In this document: positions 36,926-46,200 of the stretch, in pieces | How the letters are laid out: every line of letters starts with the position of its first letter | How positions within the stretch are numbered: position 1 is the stretch's first letter | NCBI GenBank assembly: GCA_027315345.1 | Contig: DAHUYE010000008.1 | Coordinates: 55,265 to 119,264 of the forward strand | Direction: 5' to 3' | From: Actinomycetota bacterium | GTDB taxonomy: Bacteria > Actinomycetota > Acidimicrobiia > Acidimicrobiales > JAJPHE01 | Length of the DNA stretch: 64,000 bases | Program-made: the position numbers and the translations under genes | The notes under the pieces: generated by a model | The model's database searches: none | Told to the model about the DNA's origin: nothing | The model's input: only the letters and a program-made list of their open reading frames with translations

Positions 36926-37750
36926 GTGCCTCCCACGACACCCGACCCCGGCGGGACCTCCAGGCCGGTGCCGGCCGTGCGGCTCCGGGGCGTCCAGGTC
37001 CGCCGGGGGGGCAAGGCCGTCCTGGACGGCGTCGACTGGGAAGTGTCCCCCGGGGACCGCTGGGTGATCCTCGGGCCCAACGGCTCGGGTAAGACCACTC
37101 TCATGAGCCTGATCTGCGGGTTTCTGTACCCCTCGGCCGGCTCGGTCGAGGTGCTGGGCGAGACCCTGGGCCGGGTGGACATCCGCCGTCTCCGGGAGCG
37201 GCTGGGGCTGACCAGTGCGGAGCTGACCAAGCAGCTGCGCCCCGACCTGTCCGCCCTGGACGCGGTGCTGGCCGGCCGCCACGCCGCCCTGGAGACGTGG
37301 TGGCACGAATACACCCCCGAGGACCGGGACCGGGCGGCCGCCTTGCTGGAGGCGGCCGGGCTCGCCCCCCTGGGCGGCCACGCCTTCCGGACCCTCTCCG
37401 AGGGCGAGCGCCAGCAGATCCTCCTGGCCCGGGCCCTCATGGGCGAACCCGAGCTGCTCCTCCTTGACGAGCCGAATGCCGGTCTGGACGTCGGGGCCCG
37501 GGAGCGGCTGTTGAGCCGGCTCACGGCCGTGGCCACCGCCACCGGCAGCCCGCCCATGGTCCTGGTCACCCATCACCTGGAGGAGATTCCGGCCGGCTTC
37601 ACCCACGGCCTCCTGCTGAGGCAGGGACGGATCATCGCCCTCGGTCCTCTGGCCCGGACCCTGACTTCCGCCGCTCTGTCCGAATGCTTCGGGCTGCCCC
37701 TACGGGTGGTCCGCCACGGGCCCCGCTTCGCCTGCCACGCTGTGGCCTAA
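36926..37750 (+). CDS. ABC transporter ATP-binding protein (no adjacent permease)
   Basis: Walker A GPNGSGKTT, signature LSEGERQQ, Walker B LLLLDEP and H-loop THH. The start is uncertain (GTG 36926 preferred; ATG 36845 would overlap the ppm1 start). Confidence 0.8.
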   Translation: MPPTTPDPGGTSRPVPAVRLRGVQVRRGGKAVLDGVDWEVSPGDRWVILGPNGSGKTTLMSLICGFLYPSAGSVEVLGETLGRVDIRRLRERLGLTSAELTKQLRPDLSALDAVLAGRHAALETWWHEYTPEDRDRAAALLEAAGLAPLGGHAFRTLSEGERQQILLARALMGEPELLLLDEPNAGLDVGARERLLSRLTAVATATGSPPMVLVTHHLEEIPAGFTHGLLLRQGRIIALGPLARTLTSAALSECFGLPLRVVRHGPRFACHAVA

Positions 37751-37754
37751 GCCC

Positions 37755-38828
37755 ATGGCCCGGCTCTCCATTCCCAAGGCGCTTCGGCGGGTCGTGAGCG
37801 TGACCCTGCTGGCGGCCGTGGTCGAGTACCTGGTGCTTCCCCAAGTGGCTGGGGCCCGAAAGGCCCTCCACCTGGTCAGCCAGCTCAACGCCGGCCTGTT
37901 CGGTCTGGGGGTGGCCCTGGAGGTCCTGTCCCTTTTGGCCTACTCCCAGCTGACCCGCTCGCTTTTGCCTCGAGGCAGTCTCCGCCTCAACCGCATCTTC
38001 CGCATCAACCTGTCCACCCTGTCGGTCTCCCACGTGGTTCCGGGCGGGACGGCGGCCGGGGCCAGCCTGGGCTACCGGCTCCTGACCGCATCCGGGGTCA
38101 AGGGGCCCGACACCGGATTCGCCCTCGGTATGCAGGGACTGGGCTCGGCCGTGGTCCTCAACGCCCTGCTGTGGGCCGGTCTGGTGGTGTCCATCCCGGT
38201 CTACGGCTTCAACCCCATCTACGGGGTGGCGGCCGGCCTGGGCGTGCTGCTGATCGGGTTCCTGTCCGTCATCGTCCTGCTCATGACCCGGGGCGTGGAT
38301 CGGGCCGCCACCGTGCTGCGGACGGTGGCCCGGAAGCTTCCGCTCATCACCGAGGACGCCACCGAGGCCGTCTTCCGCCGGGTGGCGGTGCGCCTACAGG
38401 AGCTGACATCGGACTCGGCCCGCCTGGCCCGCTGCATCGGCTGGGCCGCCGCCAACTGGCTCCTGGATGCCGCCTCCCTGTGGGTCTTCCTGGCCGCCTT
38501 CGGCCACGGCCACGGTCGCTTCCCCAACCCGGTTGGCCTCATCGTGGCCTACGGCCTGGCCAACGTCCTGGCCGCCATCCCCATCACCCCAGGCGGCCTG
38601 GGAGTGGTCGAGGGGGTGCTCACCCCGGCCCTGGTCGGCTTCGGCCTGACCAAGTCGGTGGCCATCCTCGGCGTGCTGGGCTGGCGGCTCATCAACTTCT
38701 GGCTGCCGATTCCGACCGGAGCGGCCGCCTACCTCAGCCTCCGGCTGGAGTCGGAGCGCTCCGACACCCCGGAGCAGAAGCTGTCGCCCTACGCCGAGTC
38801 CCTGGACCAGAGCCGCCGGGGCCTGTAG
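37755..38828 (+). CDS. Flippase-like membrane protein (LPG_synthase_TM / UPF0104 family)
   Basis: 357 aa with about 8 TM helices and the characteristic ITPGGLGVVEGVL motif near the C-terminus. It starts 4 nt after the ABC ATPase stop. Confidence 0.72.
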   Translation: MARLSIPKALRRVVSVTLLAAVVEYLVLPQVAGARKALHLVSQLNAGLFGLGVALEVLSLLAYSQLTRSLLPRGSLRLNRIFRINLSTLSVSHVVPGGTAAGASLGYRLLTASGVKGPDTGFALGMQGLGSAVVLNALLWAGLVVSIPVYGFNPIYGVAAGLGVLLIGFLSVIVLLMTRGVDRAATVLRTVARKLPLITEDATEAVFRRVAVRLQELTSDSARLARCIGWAAANWLLDAASLWVFLAAFGHGHGRFPNPVGLIVAYGLANVLAAIPITPGGLGVVEGVLTPALVGFGLTKSVAILGVLGWRLINFWLPIPTGAAAYLSLRLESERSDTPEQKLSPYAESLDQSRRGL

Positions 38829-38886
38829 CCCCCCACCCTCCGGCGGACTGAACCGGCCCACCGGGCGCCCTAGCTACTCTGAGCGG

Positions 38887-40206
38887 GTGGCGTCCATGAC
38901 GACGGCGGGTCGGGCCCGCGCCCTGGTGGCTCCCACCTCGCCCCGGAACACCGAACTGGGCCTGCTCGGTCTGGTCGCCCTGGTCACGGTGGCCGCCTAC
39001 ATCCTGGCCACCCTGGGCCGGGCGGCGTCCATACCGGCCAACATCATTCCGTTCCTGGCCTTCCTCCTGACCCTGCTCCTGGTAGCTCATGTGGCCACCC
39101 GCCGCCTTGCTCCCAACGCCACCCCGGTGATCCTGCCCCTGGCCGCCTTCCTCAACGGGATCGGCTATGTCTTCATCACCCGGCTCGACTCCCACCTGGC
39201 CGGTCTACAGGCGACCTGGACCGCCATCGGCGTGGCCGGTTACGTCCTGACCCTGGCCTTCATCCGGCGCGTCCAGGTGCTGGAGCGCTACCGCTACATG
39301 ATCGCCACCGCCGGGGTTCTGCTCCTGCTCATGCCCCTGGCCCCCGGTGTGGGCGAGCGCATCAACGGGGCCCGCCTCTGGGTCCGGCTGGGTCCGCTCA
39401 GTTTCCAGCCGGTGGAGCTGGCCAAGATCGGCCTGGCCGTGTTCTTCGCCTCCTACCTGGTGGAAAAGCGCGAGCTGCTGGCCAATCCCACCTCCCGGGT
39501 GGGCAATGTCCTGCTCCCCGACCCCCGCCCCTTCGGTCCCCTCCTGCTCATGTGGGGCCTGTCCATGCTGGTCATGACGGCGGAGAAGGATGTGGGCTTC
39601 TCCCTTCTCATCTTCGTGTTGTTCATCTCCATGCTGTGGATTTCGACCGGGCGGGCGACCTACCTGCTGGTCTCCGTCGGCCTGTTCGGGCTGGGGGCCG
39701 CGGTGATGAGCGTCCTTCTGAGCCAGGTGCACGAGCGCATCACCGTCTGGCTCAACCCGTGGCCCTACGCCAGCGGCATCGGCTACCAGGCCATCCAGGC
39801 TCTCTACGCCATGGGCAGTGGAGGGGTGGCCGGGACCGGCCTGGGGCTGGGGAGGCCCACCTTGATACCGGTCGTGGCGAGCGACTACATCTTCGCCGGG
39901 CTGGGCGAGGAACTGGGCCTGGTCGGCACCACCGTCATCGTGGCCGCCTTCGTACTGTTGGTGAGCTCCGGGCTACGGACGGCCGTGCGAGCCCGGTCCG
40001 ACTTCGCCAAGCTCCTCACCGCCGGGCTGACCGCCGTCATCGGGTTCCAGGCCTTCTTCATCATGGCCGGGGTGGTCCGGCTCCTGCCCGTGACCGGTGT
40101 GACCCTCCCCTTCGTCGCCTATGGGGGGTCCTCCCTGGTGGCCAACTACATCCTCCTCGCCCTCATGGCCCGGGTATCGGACGAGTCCGTCCCCGCTGCC
40201 CACTGA
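38887..40206 (+). CDS. FtsW/RodA/SpoVE (SEDS) family peptidoglycan glycosyltransferase
   Basis: 439 aa, polytopic, with ...GYQAIQALYAMGSGGVAGTGLG...SDYIFAGLGEELGLVG...VTLPFVAYGGSSLVANY. Confidence 0.87.
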   Translation: MASMTTAGRARALVAPTSPRNTELGLLGLVALVTVAAYILATLGRAASIPANIIPFLAFLLTLLLVAHVATRRLAPNATPVILPLAAFLNGIGYVFITRLDSHLAGLQATWTAIGVAGYVLTLAFIRRVQVLERYRYMIATAGVLLLLMPLAPGVGERINGARLWVRLGPLSFQPVELAKIGLAVFFASYLVEKRELLANPTSRVGNVLLPDPRPFGPLLLMWGLSMLVMTAEKDVGFSLLIFVLFISMLWISTGRATYLLVSVGLFGLGAAVMSVLLSQVHERITVWLNPWPYASGIGYQAIQALYAMGSGGVAGTGLGLGRPTLIPVVASDYIFAGLGEELGLVGTTVIVAAFVLLVSSGLRTAVRARSDFAKLLTAGLTAVIGFQAFFIMAGVVRLLPVTGVTLPFVAYGGSSLVANYILLALMARVSDESVPAAH

Positions 40207-40605
40207 CGGCGTGCCGTAACGGTCCATCACGTCCTCGACCACCAGGAGCGGGCCGGCGCCGGGCAGGCGCAGGACCAGACCGGCGGCGTCGGAGGGCCGG
40301 CAGGAGACCACCCGGCGGTCCCCGGGGCCGGTGAGGTCCAGGTGGGCGTAGAAGTTGCCGTTGCGGAAGGAGGAGATCACGGCCTGCTCCAGCTGCAGGC
40401 CGTATTCCACCATCACGTCGGCCAGCAGCTGCTGGGTGATCGGTCGCCCCAGGGCGACTCCCTTGAGCGCATAGGCGATCCAGGAAGCCTCCGGGTAACC
40501 GATGGGGATGTGCAGTTCCCGTCCGCCCTCGGCTTGGCGTAGCACCATCACCGGAGTGGTATCGGGCAGGTCCACGAAGACACCGGCCACCTCGACCCGG
40601 ATCAA
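39973..40605 (-). CDS. Bifunctional nuclease (BFN/DUF151) family protein with a long Gly/Glu/His-rich tail
   Basis: A TTG start gives MIRVEVAGVFVD...VMVLRQAEGGRELHIPIGYPEASWIAYALKG...RPITQQLL...FYAHLDL...RPSDAAGLVLR, the BFN core. The last ~75 aa are antisense to the conserved 3' end of the SEDS gene. Confidence 0.68.
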   Translation of the reverse strand: MIRVEVAGVFVDLPDTTPVMVLRQAEGGRELHIPIGYPEASWIAYALKGVALGRPITQQLLADVMVEYGLQLEQAVISSFRNGNFYAHLDLTGPGDRRVVSCRPSDAAGLVLRLPGAGPLLVVEDVMDRYGTPSVGSGDGLVRYPGHEGEEDVVGHQGGPPIGDEGEGHTGHGQEPDHPGHDEEGLEPDDGGQPGGEELGEVGPGSHGRP

Positions 40606-40642
40606 CCGGAGCCGTCCCGGGTCATGAGGCGTCCCACCCCGT

Positions 40643-41794
40643 TCAGCGGTACTTCCGCATGCCCACGCTGAGGACCATGCCCACCCCGGCGAAGGTGGCG
40701 ATGGTCGAAGACCCGCCGTAGCTCACCAGGGGCAGCGGTATGCCGGTGATGGGCATGATCCCCATGGTCATGCCCGCATTCTGGAATACGGAGAAAGCCA
40801 CGTAGGCCAGCACGCCGGCGCACAGCATGGTCCCGACCTGGTCGTAGGCAAGCTGGGCGGTGCGCACCACCCGCCACAGCATGATGCCGAATAGACCGAG
40901 AAGGCTGGCCGCCCCGGCAAAGCCCAGCTGCTCCCCCACGGCAGTGAAGATGAAGTCGGTCTGCTGCTCCGGCACGTATTGCAGGTTGGTCTGGGGGCCG
41001 TGGAACAGGCCCTTGCCCGTAAGCCCTCCGTTGGCGATGGCGATCTTCGACTCGCACAGGTTGTACCCGGCGCTGGTGGAGCCGCAGGAGTTGGGGTCGC
41101 TCTGCTTCAAGAAGGCGTCCAACCGATCCAGCTGATAGTTCTTGAGCACGTGCAGGTGAAGGCCGACCACGGTGACCAGGACTGCCACCCCGGCCACGAT
41201 CAGCAGGTAGCGGGCCCGGACGCCGGAGACGGTGAGCATGATGCCGAGGACACAGCCCAGGGTGATGGCTGTCCCCAGGTCGGGCTGCACCGCCACCAGC
41301 AGAACCGGAACGGCCCCCAGGGCCAGCAGGATCCCCAGCCGTTTGGCGTCTATCTCCCCGTGCCAGCGGGTGACCATCCAGGCCATGGCCAGGATCAGGG
41401 CCAGCACGGCGAAGGACGACGGCTGCAGCTGGAACGAACCGATCTGGAACCAGCGCTGGGCGCCCAGGGCGCGGGAGCCCACCGGGGACATGACCGCCAG
41501 TAAGAGCAGGACCACCCCGGCGTAGGCGACCAGGCCCAGCTCCTCCAGCCGGTGGTAGTCGATGGCGGCGAAGACAACCATGACCACCATCCCGAGCACC
41601 ACGTAGGTGGCCTGATGGCGTAGGTAGAGCTCGGGGTTGTCCCCCAACAGGCGCAGCTTGGTCCGGGTGGCCGAATAGACCATGAGCACCCCGATGACGG
41701 AGATCACCAGGGTGGAGATGAGCAGCATGAGGTCCAGGTGGCGCAGATAGCGCAAACCGGGCGCCACACTGGAGTCGAGAGGGCGCTGAGCCAC
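40643..41794 (-). CDS. SEDS family protein, RodA-like
   Basis: 383 aa with CESKIAIANGGLTGKG, VPEQQTDFIFTAVGEQLGFAG and IPLPLVSYGGSS, very close to RodA signatures. Confidence 0.9.
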   Translation of the reverse strand: MAQRPLDSSVAPGLRYLRHLDLMLLISTLVISVIGVLMVYSATRTKLRLLGDNPELYLRHQATYVVLGMVVMVVFAAIDYHRLEELGLVAYAGVVLLLLAVMSPVGSRALGAQRWFQIGSFQLQPSSFAVLALILAMAWMVTRWHGEIDAKRLGILLALGAVPVLLVAVQPDLGTAITLGCVLGIMLTVSGVRARYLLIVAGVAVLVTVVGLHLHVLKNYQLDRLDAFLKQSDPNSCGSTSAGYNLCESKIAIANGGLTGKGLFHGPQTNLQYVPEQQTDFIFTAVGEQLGFAGAASLLGLFGIMLWRVVRTAQLAYDQVGTMLCAGVLAYVAFSVFQNAGMTMGIMPITGIPLPLVSYGGSSTIATFAGVGMVLSVGMRKYR

Positions 41795-41835
41795 CGCAGG
41801 AGGTTAGAAGACGGCTCCGGCTCTGGGGATCAGCC

Positions 41836-43296
41836 TCACACCGGGCGGGATGTCGGGGTGATGGCGGCGGGCAGCAGGGTGGAGCCCATCAGGAAGGCGT
41901 CCACGGCCGCCGCCGCCGCCCGCCCCTCCGAGATGGCCCAGACGATCAGGCTCTGACCCCGGCCCATGTCCCCGCAGGCGAAGACACCGGGCACGCTGGT
42001 CTGCCAGTCCGGGCCCCGGGCCACGTTCCCCCGGGCATCGAGCTCGACGCCGAGATCTTCGAGCAGGCCGGCCCGCTCCGGGCCCACGAAGCCGAGGGCC
42101 AGCAGCACCAGCTGGGTGGGTATCTCGAACTGGCTGTCCGGTACCGGCTCGAAGACCGGCGGACCCGAACCGGCCACCAGGGCGACCTCGTGTCCCCGGA
42201 GGGTCGCCACCACGCCGTCGGGCCCACCCACCAGTTCGGTCGTGGTGACGGCGTAGAGGCGCTCACCGCCCTCCTCATGGGCCGAGGAGGTCCGGAACAC
42301 CAGGGGCCAGGTGGGCCAGGGGTTGAGGTCGGCCCGGTGATCGGGGGGCCGGGGCATGATCTCGAGCTGATGGACCGAGCGGGCGCCCTGGCGGTGGGCC
42401 GTGCCCAAGCAGTCGGCGCCGGTGTCGCCCCCGCCGATGATGACCACGTCCTTCCCGGCGGCGGTGATGGGGGGCTCGGCCAGGTCGCCCTCCTGGACCC
42501 GGTTGGCCAGGGGGAGGTACTCCATGGCCTGGTGGACCCCGCTCAGCTCCCGGCCCGGCACGGGCAGCTCCCGGGCCAGGGTCGAACCCCCGGCCAGCAC
42601 CACGGCGTCATGCTCGCCCAGCAGGCGGTCGGTGGGCAGGTCGCGGCCCACGTCGACCCCGGGGCGGAACCGGGTGCCTTCGGCCTCCATCTGGGCTAGG
42701 CGGCGCGCCAGCACGGCCTTTTCCATCTTGAACTCGGGGATGCCGTAGCGCAGCAGTCCCCCGATCCGGTCGGCCCGCTCATAGACGGTCACGGCGTGGC
42801 CGGCCCGGGTCAGCTGCTGGGCGGCAGCCAGCCCGGCCGGGCCCGATCCCACCACCGCCACCCGCTTTCCGGTGACCCGGGCCGGTGCCACCGGCACGAC
42901 CCGACCCCGCTCCCAGGCCCGGTCGATGGTCTCGACCTCGATCTGTTTGATGGTCACCGGGTCGGCGTTGATACCGAGGACGCAGGAGGCCTCGCAGGGG
43001 GCCGGGCAGAGCCGGCCGGTGAACTCCGGAAAGTTGTTGGTGGAGTGGAGTCGCTCGATGGCCCGGTCCCAGTCGCCCCGGTATACCAGGTCGTTCCATT
43101 CCGGGATCAGGTTGCCAAGGGGACATCCGTTGTTACAGAACGGAATCCCGCAGTCCATGCAGCGGGCGGCCTGGGTGGCGGTTTTATCGGGGGGGAAGGG
43201 CTCGTAGACCTCGCGCCAGTCCAGCAGCCGCACCGGGACGGGCCGGCGGGTGGGCAGCTCTCGCCCATACTCCATGAAACCGGTCGGCTTACCCAC
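41836..43296 (-). CDS. gltD: Glutamate synthase (NADPH) small subunit
   Basis: 486 aa with [10 protein letters not shown], the Cys clusters CMDCGIPFC and CPAPCE, and two dinucleotide folds ([24 protein letters not shown]). Confidence 0.95.
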   Translation of the reverse strand: MGKPTGFMEYGRELPTRRPVPVRLLDWREVYEPFPPDKTATQAARCMDCGIPFCNNGCPLGNLIPEWNDLVYRGDWDRAIERLHSTNNFPEFTGRLCPAPCEASCVLGINADPVTIKQIEVETIDRAWERGRVVPVAPARVTGKRVAVVGSGPAGLAAAQQLTRAGHAVTVYERADRIGGLLRYGIPEFKMEKAVLARRLAQMEAEGTRFRPGVDVGRDLPTDRLLGEHDAVVLAGGSTLARELPVPGRELSGVHQAMEYLPLANRVQEGDLAEPPITAAGKDVVIIGGGDTGADCLGTAHRQGARSVHQLEIMPRPPDHRADLNPWPTWPLVFRTSSAHEEGGERLYAVTTTELVGGPDGVVATLRGHEVALVAGSGPPVFEPVPDSQFEIPTQLVLLALGFVGPERAGLLEDLGVELDARGNVARGPDWQTSVPGVFACGDMGRGQSLIVWAISEGRAAAAAVDAFLMGSTLLPAAITPTSRPV

Positions 43297-46200
43297 GGGA
43301 GGCCCCCATCATCTCCATGACCGCCTCTTCGGCGGGACGTCCCTCCGCCTCGGCCCGCTTGAGGGTCGTCAGCACGCGCTTGTAGTCACGGGGCATGACC
43401 TTGACGAATTGGGCCACGGTGGCGTCCCAGTCGGCCAACAGCCGAGCGGCCACGGCCGAGTCGGTCTCGACCCGGTGGCGGCCGACCAGATCGGCCAGGC
43501 CGCGACGGTCGTCCTCATCGAGAGGCTCGATGTCGACGAACTCCCGGTTGAGCCGGTCAGGGAAGGTTCCCTCCGGATCGTGGATGTAGGCGATGCCGCC
43601 CGACATGCCGGCGGCGAAGTTCCGCCCGGTCGGGCCCAGCACCACCACCCGTCCGCCGGTCATGTACTCACACCCGTGGTCACCGACGCCCTCCACCACA
43701 GCATCGGCGCCGGAGTTGCGGACACAGAAGCGCTCCCCCACCAGGCCCCGGATGAAGACATCCCCGCCGGTGGCGCCATAGAGAATGACGTTGCCGGCCA
43801 CCACGTTCTCCTCAGCGGCGAACGGCGAATCAACCGGCGGTCGCAGCACCAGGTGTCCACCGGAGAGGCCCTTGCCCAGGTAGTCGTTGGCATCGCCCTC
43901 CAAGCGCAGGGTGATGCCCCGGGGCAGGAAGGCCCCGAAACTCTGGCCGGCCGACCCGGTCAGGTGCACGACGATGCTGTCATCGGGCAGGCCGGCGCCT
44001 CCGTAGCGCAGGGTCACCTGGTGTCCGAGGAGGGTCCCGACCGTCCGGTCGACGTTGCGCACCGGCGTGCGGATGACCACCGGGGTCCCGTCCTCCAGGG
44101 CCGGGGCGGCCTCGGTGATGAGGAAGTTGTCCAGCTTGTTGTCCAAGCCGTGGTTCTGTTGGCGGACCTGGCGGCGGGGGGCATCGGCGGGGACATCGGG
44201 CACCGCCAGGATGGGCGAAAGGTCCAGGCCGGCCGCCTTCCAGTGGTTGACGGCGTCCACCGTGTCGAGCAGGTCGACCCGGCCGACGGCCTCCTCCAGG
44301 GTCCGGAAGCCCAGCGAGGCCAGCAACTCGCGCACCTCCTCGGCGATGTATTCGAAGAAGGTGACCACGAATTCGGGCTGGCCCGAGAAGCGCTTGCGCA
44401 GCTCGGGGTTCTGGGTGGCCACGCCGACCGGGCAGGTGTCGAGGTGGCAGACCCGCATCATCACGCATCCGGACACCACCAGGGGGGCGGTGGCGAAACC
44501 GAATTCCTCGGCCCCCAGCAGGGCGCCTATCACGACGTCGCGGCCTGTCTTGAGCTGGCCATCGACCTGCACAACTATCCGGTCCCGCAGCCCGTTGAGG
44601 AGCAGGGTCTGCTGGGTCTCGGCCAGGCCCAGTTCCCACGGGGCGCCGGCGTGCTTGAGCGAGGTCAGCTTGGCCGCTCCGGTGCCCCCGTCATGGCCGG
44701 AGATGAGGACCACGTCGGCATGGGCCTTGCACACCCCGGCTGCCACCGTGCCCACCCCGACCTCGGCCACCAGTTTCACATGGATGCGAGCCCTTGGATT
44801 CGAGCACTTGAGGTCGTGGATGAGTTGCTTGATGTCCTCGATGGAGTAGATGTCGTGGTGCGGCGGCGGGGAGATGAGACCGACCCCGGCCGTGGTGTTC
44901 CGGGTCTTGGCGATCCAGGGATAGACCTTCCGGCCCAGCAGCTCGCCTCCCTCCCCCGGCTTGGCCCCCTGGGAGATCTTGATCTGGAGGTCATCGGCAT
45001 TGACCAGGTACTCGCTGGTGACGCCGAAGCGCCCCGAGGCCACCTGCTTGATGGCGCTGCGGCGCAGGTCCCCGTTGGGGTCGGGTGTGAAACGATCCGA
45101 GTCCTCCCCACCCTCTCCCGTGTTGGAGCGGGCCCCGAGCCGGTTCATGGCCACGGCCAGGGTCTCGTGGGCCTCGGCCGAGATGGACCCATAGGACATG
45201 GCCCCGGTCGAGAACCGCTTGACGATGGAGGAGACCGGCTCCACCTCCTCGATGGGGACAGGCGGGCGCTCTCCCTCCTTGAAGCGGAACAGCCCCCGTA
45301 GCGTGGCCAGGCGGACGGACTGGTCGTCCACCAGGCGGGTGTACTCCTTGAAGATCTCGTAGCGCCGGGTCCGGGTGGAGTGCTGCAACCGGTAGACGGT
45401 CTCGGGGTTGAAGAGGTGATACTCCCCTTCACGGCGCCACTGGTACTCACCCCCGTCGTCGAGGGGCCGGTGGGCCAGCTCCTCGGGCCGGTCGGGCCAG
45501 GCCAGCCGGTGCCGGGCGGCCACCTCGGCAGCCAGTTCGTCCAGGCCGACCCCGTCGAGACGGGAGACGGTGCCGGTGAAGTACTCCGCCACCAGCTCCC
45601 GGCCCAGGCCGATGGCCTCGAAGACCTGGGCCCCGGTGTAGGAGGCCACGGTGGAGATGCCCCGCTTGGACATGACCTTGAGCACGCCCTTGCCCAGCGC
45701 CTTGGTGGTGTTGTAGCGGGCGTCGCGCAGGTTCACCCCGGTGATGACGCCGTTGGCGATCATGTCCTCCACGGACTCGAAGGCCAGGTAGGGGTTGACG
45801 GCGGCGGCCCCGTAGCCGATGAGCAGGGCGATGTGGTGAACCTCGCGTGCGTCACCCGCCTCCACGATGAGGCCCACCCGGGTGCGAGTCTTGTCCCGGA
45901 TGAGATGGTGGTGCACGGCCGAGGTCAGGAGCAGCGATGGGATGGGGGCCATGTCGGCCGAGCCGAACCGGTCGGAGAGGATGATGATGTTGGCGCCGTC
46001 CTCGATGGCGGCGCTGACGGCGGCCCGCACCTGCTCCAGGGCCCGGCGCAGACCCGCTCCCCCTTCGGCCACCGGATAGAGCCCGTCGACGGCCACGGCC
46101 CGGAAGCCGGGGGTCTCCCCGTGTTCGTTGATGTAGCGCAGCTTGGCCAGAGCCTCGTTATCGATGACGGGGAAGGGCAGGGTGATCTGCCGGCAGGACG

